Assembly: GCA_963836205.1 (NCBI GenBank)
Contig: CAWIIV010000006.1
Coordinates: forward strand, 96,001-160,000
Origin: an uncultured Acidimicrobiia bacterium
GTDB lineage: Bacteria; Actinomycetota; Acidimicrobiia; Acidimicrobiales; AC-14
Direction: 5' to 3'
Length of the DNA stretch: 64,000 nucleotides
The notes under the pieces are model-generated. The model saw only the letters and a list, made by a program, of their open reading frames with translations, was not told the origin of the DNA and did no database searches. Shown here piece by piece: positions 58,190 through 64,000 of this stretch (position 1 is the first letter of the stretch; every line of letters starts with the position of its first letter). A program made the translations under genes and the position numbers.

Positions 58190-59089
58190 TCACCAGCCGC
58201 GGTCCGACAACCGGACGCCCAGGGTGCCGATCTCCTGGCCGGGCATGGCCTTGCCCAGGCCCCGACTGACCTTGGTGACGATGTGGGGGTCGTTGAAGTG
58301 GGCGGTGGCCTCGACGATGGCCTTGGCCATGGCCTCGGGGTCGTCGCTCTTGAAGATGCCGGAGCCCACGAACACCGCCTCCGCCCCCAGCTGCATGACG
58401 AGGGACGCGTCGGCCGGGGTGGCGATGCCGCCGGCGCAAAACAGGGGCACGGGCAGGCGGCCGGCGTCGGCGACCTCGTTGACCAGGGCAATCGGCGCAT
58501 GGAGCTGCTTGGCCCACGCGTAGCGCTCGGCCGGATCGGCCACCGTCAGCTTGCGGATGTCGCCCAGGATCGAGCGCAGGTGGGTGACGGCCTCGACGAT
58601 GTTGCCGGTGCCGGCCTCGCCCTTGGAGCGGATCATGGCCGCCCCCTCGGAGATGCGGCGCAGGGCCTCGCCCAGGTTGGTGGCGCCGCAGACGAAGGGC
58701 ACGGTGAACGCCCACTTGTCGATGTGGTGGGCCTCGTCGGCGGGGGTGAGCACCTCGCTCTCGTCGACGAAGTCGACCCCCAGCACCTCCAGGATCTGGG
58801 CCTCGGCGAAGTGGCCGATGCGGGCCTTGGCCATGACCGGGATGGTGACCGCGGCCTGGATCGACTCGATCATGGCCGGGTCGCTCATGCGGGCCACCCC
58901 GCCGTCTCGGCGGATGTCGGCCGGCACCCGTTCGAGGGCCATGACCGCGACCGCACCGGCGTCCTCGGCCACCCGGGCCTGGCCGGCGGTGACGACGTCC
59001 ATGATCACGCCGCCCTTGAGCATCTCCGCCAGTCCCCGCTTGACCAGGTCGCTCCCCGTGGTGGGCCGGTTGCTCTGCTCGTCGGTCAC
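58190..59089 (-). CDS. pdxS: PLP synthase lyase subunit
   Basis: [38 protein letters not shown]; TAGAAT-N7-GTG. Confidence 0.97.
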   Translation of the reverse strand: MTDEQSNRPTTGSDLVKRGLAEMLKGGVIMDVVTAGQARVAEDAGAVAVMALERVPADIRRDGGVARMSDPAMIESIQAAVTIPVMAKARIGHFAEAQILEVLGVDFVDESEVLTPADEAHHIDKWAFTVPFVCGATNLGEALRRISEGAAMIRSKGEAGTGNIVEAVTHLRSILGDIRKLTVADPAERYAWAKQLHAPIALVNEVADAGRLPVPLFCAGGIATPADASLVMQLGAEAVFVGSGIFKSDDPEAMAKAIVEATAHFNDPHIVTKVSRGLGKAMPGQEIGTLGVRLSDRGW

Positions 59090-59129
59090 GGGGGACATTC
59101 TACGGCCCGCACCGGCGAGCCCGGCCCGA

Positions 59130-60188
59130 TTAGGGAGCGACGGTCGTCGCCGGTTCGGGCACGGGCGGCGATTCGACGCTCACGTTGGCGTCGGAGTGGA
59201 CCAGCTCCACGACGGTGCGCCCGGGCGGGAACACCATAGGGGCGCCGTTGGCGTCGGCGAAGGAGGTGACCGTGATGGCGCCCACCTTCGACCACGTGCC
59301 CTTGGTGAGGGTGCCGTCGAGGAAGTACCACGCCTCACCCGACCCGGTGACCTCGGGGTAGGTGACGGCGGCGTCGGCCGCGAACCGGGCGTAGGGGACG
59401 AACTGCACGATCACGTTGCCGGGCGTCCACACCCCGCCGCCCTCCAGGTTGTGGGCCTGGCCGTTGGTCGACCGGGCCCACCCCTTGGCCTCCGCGTCCC
59501 ACGTGTAGGAGGCGGTGATGTCGGCGAGAGGGATGTCCATCGCCGAGACGGGGGTGGCGCCGACAGGGGCGGTGTACGTCTCCCCCAACTTCAGGAACTG
59601 GGCGAACGGCGGCGGCTCATCGGCGCCGTCGACCTGGCGGTAGAGCTTCTCGGAGTCGGTGTACAGGTTGTGGGGGGCGGACCGGCCCGACCGGCGGTAG
59701 AGGGCCTCGGTGTTGTTCTCGTCGATGAAGTCGAGGTCGGCGTTGCGCACCAGCTGGACGATGTTGGGGGCGCCGCCGGAGAAGACGAGCAGGCCACCCA
59801 GGGGCGCCACGATGAGAGGGTCGGCGGGCCGCACCGAACGCACCGGGCCGATGGGGTCGGCGTCGGTGGACTGGAACACGACGACGAAGCGGGTGATCCC
59901 CTCGGTGACCTCCTCGTAGACCACGTCGGCCGCGTCGAGCCCGGCCTGGGGGCGGGCGGCGGCGTTGTTGTCGATCTTGACCGTGACCGCCGCCCGGTGG
60001 AGCTTGTCCGGATCGGTCTGGGGCAGTCCGGTGAGCGGCGCCTGCGGCGGCAGCGTGGTGGACGTGGTGGCGGGCACGGTGGTGGTGGCCCGTCCCTGGG
60101 ACGCCTTCTTGCCGCCCCCGCAGGCGGCAGTGACCATGAGGAGGGCGACGGCCAGGACGATTCCGGCGCGCCGGCGGGAGATTGCCAT
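59130..60188 (-). CDS. DUF3048 lipoprotein
   Basis: Lipobox TAAC; APLTG, VKIDN, ADVVYEE..EGITRF, GPVRSVR, APHNLY. Confidence 0.9.
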   Translation of the reverse strand: MAISRRRAGIVLAVALLMVTAACGGGKKASQGRATTTVPATTSTTLPPQAPLTGLPQTDPDKLHRAAVTVKIDNNAAARPQAGLDAADVVYEEVTEGITRFVVVFQSTDADPIGPVRSVRPADPLIVAPLGGLLVFSGGAPNIVQLVRNADLDFIDENNTEALYRRSGRSAPHNLYTDSEKLYRQVDGADEPPPFAQFLKLGETYTAPVGATPVSAMDIPLADITASYTWDAEAKGWARSTNGQAHNLEGGGVWTPGNVIVQFVPYARFAADAAVTYPEVTGSGEAWYFLDGTLTKGTWSKVGAITVTSFADANGAPMVFPPGRTVVELVHSDANVSVESPPVPEPATTVAP

Positions 60189-60191
60189 GCG

Positions 60192-61104
60192 TTAGAGCTC
60201 CTTGAGGGCCTGGATCCGCTCTTCCAGCGGCGGATGCGTGTCGAACAGGCGGTTCAACCACGCTAGGCGCCCCTCCTGCTGGGTGCGAGCCAGGGGCGAC
60301 TCGATCCAGAGGTGGGCGGTGGCCCGGGACGACGAGTGCACCACCGTGGTGTCGTCCTTGAGCTTCTCCAGGGCCGAGATCAGCCCCGGGGGATACCGGG
60401 TGAGCGACACCCCGCTGAAGTCGGCCAGCGCCTCCCGCCGGCGGGAGACGGCGAACTGCATGACCCGGGCCACCACCGGCGCGATCAGGAGCAGCACGAA
60501 GCCGAGGACGGCGAAGACGGCGGTCGGACCGGCACCCCCGGGGCTGGAGTCGTCGCGGTGGCGGGGGCCGCCCCACCACAGGAAGCGGAGGCTGAAGTCG
60601 GCCACCAGGGCGACGACGCCCACGAAGGTCACGGCCAGGGTGGAGACCAGGACGTCATAGTTCTTGATGTGGCTCAGCTCGTGGGCCAGGACGCCTTCCA
60701 GCTCGATGCGGGTCAGCTTCTCCATCAGCCCGGTGGTGACGGCGATGGCCGCGTGTTGGGGGTTGCGGCCGGTGGCGAAGGCGTTGGGGGCGGGATCGTC
60801 GACCAGGTAGACGCGGGGCTTGGGCAGGCCGGCCGCAATACAGAGGCCCTCCACCAGGTTGTGCAGCCGGGGCTCGCTCTCGGGCGTGGTGAGGCGGGCG
60901 TGGCTCATGGCCAGGGCCACCGCGTCGGACTTGTACCAGGCCAGGGCGGATCCGACCCCGACGACGACGAGGGCGATCAGAAGGCCGGCGATACCGAAGT
61001 CGAAGAGGAGACTGGACGGCCCACGCCAGGCCCATGAACAGCACCACGAATCCCACCACCAGCAGGACCGAGCGCCGCTTGTTGGACGCGATCTGCTCGT
61101 ACAC
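60192..61104 (-). CDS. htpX: M48 metalloprotease HtpX (frameshift near 61020)
   Basis: MYEQIASNKRRS, PNAFATG, AHELSH, SRRREALAD, THPP. Confidence 0.92.
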
Positions 61105-61340
61105 AGGCTCGCTACGCTCGCCGGAAGGGCTTGGAGCCGCCTTCGGCGGCACGATCTTCTTGTTCCGGCCGACCAAGCTCGCTGCGCTCGACGGTCGGTC
61201 GGTCCGCCGCCTTCGGCGGCGGAGGTGCTCGGTGCGGTCACAGCTCGCTGCGCTCGCCGGGAAGGCTTGGAGCCGTCTGCGGCGACACGTCTTGTTGTTC
61301 GCCGCCTTCGGCGGCGGAGACGCTTGCGTCTGTTGTCACA
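61105..61340. repeat. Two tandem structured repeat units at the lemA-htpX junction
   Basis: GCTCGCTRCGCTCG x3, GGCTTGGAGCCG x2, GCCGCCTTCGGCGGC x3. Confidence 0.8.
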
Positions 61341-61889
61341 TTAGAACTGGACGTTTACGGGGCCGCGGCTGGTGTCGTCGGCCTCGAAGAACTCCTGTTG
61401 CTTGAAGCCGAAGCGGGCGGCCACGAAGTTCGACGGGAAGGTCTCGATCTTGTTGTTCAGCTGGAGGACGGCGTCGTTGTAGAACTGCCGGGCATAGCTG
61501 ATGCGGCCCTCGGTGCCGGTGAGCTCCTCCTGCAGGGACAGGAAGTTCTCGTTGGCCTTCAGCTCGGGGTAGGCCTCGGCCACCGCGAACAGCGACTTGA
61601 GGGCGCCGGTGAGCATGTTCTCCGACTGGGCCTGCTCGGCCACCCCGGAGGCGTTGATGGCGTTGGCCCGGGCCTGGGTGACGGCCTCGAAGGTCTCCCG
61701 CTCGTGCTTGGCGTAGCCCTTGACCGTCTCCACCAGGTTGGGGATGAGGTCGTACCGGCGCCGGAGCTGCACGTCGATCTGCGACCACGAGTTCTTGACC
61801 CGGTTCCGAAGGCGGACCAGGCCGTTGTACGTGAGCACCACGTACAGGACGAGGAGGACGACGACGCCGACGAGGATCCACAGGAGCAT
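61341..61889 (-). CDS. lemA: LemA family protein
   Basis: [38 protein letters not shown]. Confidence 0.97.
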   Translation of the reverse strand: MLLWILVGVVVLLVLYVVLTYNGLVRLRNRVKNSWSQIDVQLRRRYDLIPNLVETVKGYAKHERETFEAVTQARANAINASGVAEQAQSENMLTGALKSLFAVAEAYPELKANENFLSLQEELTGTEGRISYARQFYNDAVLQLNNKIETFPSNFVAARFGFKQQEFFEADDTSRGPVNVQF

Positions 61890-61945
61890 GCGGTCCCAAT
61901 CATACGGCGTGCCGTCGCTGCCGGCTGGCCGTCTCCCGCCGGAGC

Positions 61946-62086
61946 CGAACTGGTGACGTTTTCGGTGGCCCTGGCCCCCAGAATCGTCACCAGTTCGCCA
62001 CTCGCCGCCAACCGGTGACGTTTTCGGTGGCCCTCGCCCCAGAACTCGTCACCAGTTCGCCACCCCCGCCGGCTGTCACCGGTTCG
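61946..62086. repeat. Two REP-like units plus a half unit
   Basis: GGTGAC-N28-GTCACCAGTTCG x2, then a lone GTCACCGGTTCG. Confidence 0.85.
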
Positions 62087-62092
62087 CCTCCG

Positions 62093-63178
62093 TCAGACCC
62101 GGGCGATGGCTCCTTGGAAGAGGTCGACGTAGCGCTCGGCGAGGTGGTCCATGGAGAACTGGTTGGCCCTCGCCTCCCCGGCCACCACCAGCCGGGCGGC
62201 GGTGGACGGCTCGTACAGGACCCGGGTGAGGGCGGCGGCCAGCGCGGTCGGGTTCCCGGGCGGGACCAGGAGGGCCGCCTGGCCACACCCTCCCCCACCA
62301 GCCACGTTGCGGTAGCCGGGGATGTCGCTGGCCACGACCGGGGTCTGGGCGGCCATGCCCTCCAGCAGCACCATCCCGAACGACTCCCCCCGCAGCGACG
62401 GGGCGCACAGGGCGTCGGCGCCCCGCAGCCGGGCCGCCCGCTCCCCGTCGCCGATGCGGCCCAGCCACTCCACCCGCTGGTCGCCCACGCTGAGGGCGGT
62501 GAGCTTCGCCGTCTCGGGTCCGTCGCTCGCCACCCACAGGCGAGCGTCGGTGGGCAGGCGGGCCATGGCGGCCAGCAGGACTTCGAGCCCCTTGCGGGAC
62601 TCGTGGCGGGACATGAACAGCACCGTCGGGCCCGTGGTCGGCCACGGCGTGGCCTTGGCGAAGCGCTCCACCTCGATCCCGTTGAACAAGACCTGGTAGT
62701 CGCCGCCCAGGGCCCGCGCCGCCATGGCCCGGGCGTCCTCCGAGACCGCGCAGCGGACGGTGAGGCGCCGGGCCAGCCAGCGGGCAAGGGGCCGCATCAC
62801 CCGGTAGGCGGCACTCACCCCGGAGGCGTGGAAGGTGCCCACCATCGGGATCGACGCCAGGGCCAGGCTGGTGAGGGTGGGGCCGGGGGCCAGCGGCTCG
62901 TGCAGGTGGAGGACGTCGAACGGCTCGTCGCGGAGCACGGCCATGGTGCGCAGGGCGCACGACGGGTCGGGCGCGATGGGTGCCATGGAGCCGTTGGCGG
63001 CGGTGGGGATGCTGTTGCCGAGAGGAATCACCCCCACCTCGGGCGGCGGGCCGTCGCACGGGCCGAGCACGCGGGCGTCGTGGCCGAGCGTCCGCAGCGC
63101 CCGGGCCAGCCCCAGGACCTGGCCCTGCACCCCACCGGGGATGGTGAGGCTGTACGGGCAGACGACGGCGATCCGCAC
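62093..63178 (-). CDS. GT4 glycosyltransferase, PimA-like
   Basis: MRIAVVCPYS..PGGVQ, HLHEP, RKGL, GESFGMVLLE; TACGCT-N7-GTG. Confidence 0.88.
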   Translation of the reverse strand: MRIAVVCPYSLTIPGGVQGQVLGLARALRTLGHDARVLGPCDGPPPEVGVIPLGNSIPTAANGSMAPIAPDPSCALRTMAVLRDEPFDVLHLHEPLAPGPTLTSLALASIPMVGTFHASGVSAAYRVMRPLARWLARRLTVRCAVSEDARAMAARALGGDYQVLFNGIEVERFAKATPWPTTGPTVLFMSRHESRKGLEVLLAAMARLPTDARLWVASDGPETAKLTALSVGDQRVEWLGRIGDGERAARLRGADALCAPSLRGESFGMVLLEGMAAQTPVVASDIPGYRNVAGGGGCGQAALLVPPGNPTALAAALTRVLYEPSTAARLVVAGEARANQFSMDHLAERYVDLFQGAIARV

Positions 63179-63259
63179 GAACCGGAGCGTACCGGCGCCG
63201 GACCAGACCGGCTTGAGGAAGACTGTCCCGATGAATGATGCCCGAGTGAAGGATGCCCA

Positions 63260-64000
63260 GTGAAGGACGACAACCTCACCCGAGCGGAGGCCGAGGCGCG
63301 CGCGGCGCTGCTCTCGGTCGGCTCGTACGAGATTGCGCTCGACCTCACCGCCGACGGCGACACCTTCGCCAGCACCACCACGGTCCGGTTCGAGTCCACC
63401 GAGACCGGCGGTGACACGTTCGTCGACCTCGACGCGACTGCGGTTCGGGGGCTGACCCTCAACGGCCAGGATGTCCCCCTCGACGCGTTCGACGGCGAGC
63501 ACAGCCGCATCCACCTCCGGGGCCTGGCCGCCGACAACGTGCTGACGGTCGTGGCCGACTGCTCCTACCAGCACACCGGCGTCGGCCTCCACCGCTTCGA
63601 CGACCCCACCGACGGCCGGCGCTACCTCCACACCCAGTTCGAGCCGTACGACGCCCACCGGGTCTTCGCCTGCTTCGACCAGCCCGACCTCAAGGCCACC
63701 TTCGCCCTGGCGGTCGAGGTCCCCGACGGATGGACGGTCGTGAGCAACGGCCCCGTCGCCGAGCAGGCCGGCGGGCGGTGGCGGTTCGAGACCACCCGCC
63801 CCATCTCCACCTACCTGGCCGCCCTGATCGCGGGGCCGTACCACGCCGTCCACGAGGAGTACCGGGGCATCGGGACGTCGATCTACTGCCGGGAGTCGCT
63901 GGCCCAGTACCTCGACGCCGACGAGATCCTCACCGTCACCCGCCAGGGGCTCGACTTCTTCGAGGCCGAGTTCGGCTACAGGTACCCGTTCCCCAAGTAC
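63260..64000 (+). CDS. pepN: Aminopeptidase N, partial
   Basis: NLTRAEA, GLHRF.DP.DG, TQFEPYDAHRVFACFDQPDLK, ISTYL, YPFPKY. Confidence 0.95.
   Translation, partial: MKDDNLTRAEAEARAALLSVGSYEIALDLTADGDTFASTTTVRFESTETGGDTFVDLDATAVRGLTLNGQDVPLDAFDGEHSRIHLRGLAADNVLTVVADCSYQHTGVGLHRFDDPTDGRRYLHTQFEPYDAHRVFACFDQPDLKATFALAVEVPDGWTVVSNGPVAEQAGGRWRFETTRPISTYLAALIAGPYHAVHEEYRGIGTSIYCRESLAQYLDADEILTVTRQGLDFFEAEFGYRYPFPKY

Noticed and set aside
8185-61104. Programmed frameshifting or mass pseudogenisation (LAL, vapC, Panacea, helY, tatB, htpX)
   Set aside because: Isolated 1-nt shifts in otherwise intact genes with no shared slippery motif; sequencing indels are the simpler explanation
63237-63267. Short duplication GATGCCC(G)AGTGAAG at the pepN start
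   Set aside because: Two imperfect copies only; local duplication or consensus artefact with no evident function

Overview
High-GC actinobacterial chromosome segment; gene content and leaderless promoters suggest Acidimicrobiia (inference). Positions 1-19340 are an accessory region next to the 3' end of tRNA-Gly(GCC). It holds an IS256 with a 9-bp TSD, a plant/cyanobacterial-type phosphoribulokinase, a membrane protein coupled to an alpha-dioxygenase-like heme peroxidase, a LAL (ATPase-LuxR) regulator with two matching target promoters, a VapBC pair, and a GmrSD (DUF262-DUF1524) nuclease gene fused to a Cys-less MGMT/ATL domain. The nuclease gene is split by an antisense group II intron and an ISL3. 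The rest is mostly core genome: dut, orn, adnAB, helY-tatC-tatB, leuA with a Leu attenuator, serA, aspS-hisS, rel-apt-secF-secD-yajC-ruvBAC-yebC-pdxTS, htpX-lemA, a pimA-like glycosyltransferase and pepN. Small insertions in the core are a Panacea toxin-antitoxin pair with a LexA box, a trypsin-nuclease fusion and REP-like repeats. Many single-base frameshifts, including in conserved genes, suggest sequencing indels, so pseudogene calls are tentative. All family assignments come from motif recognition, not database searches.
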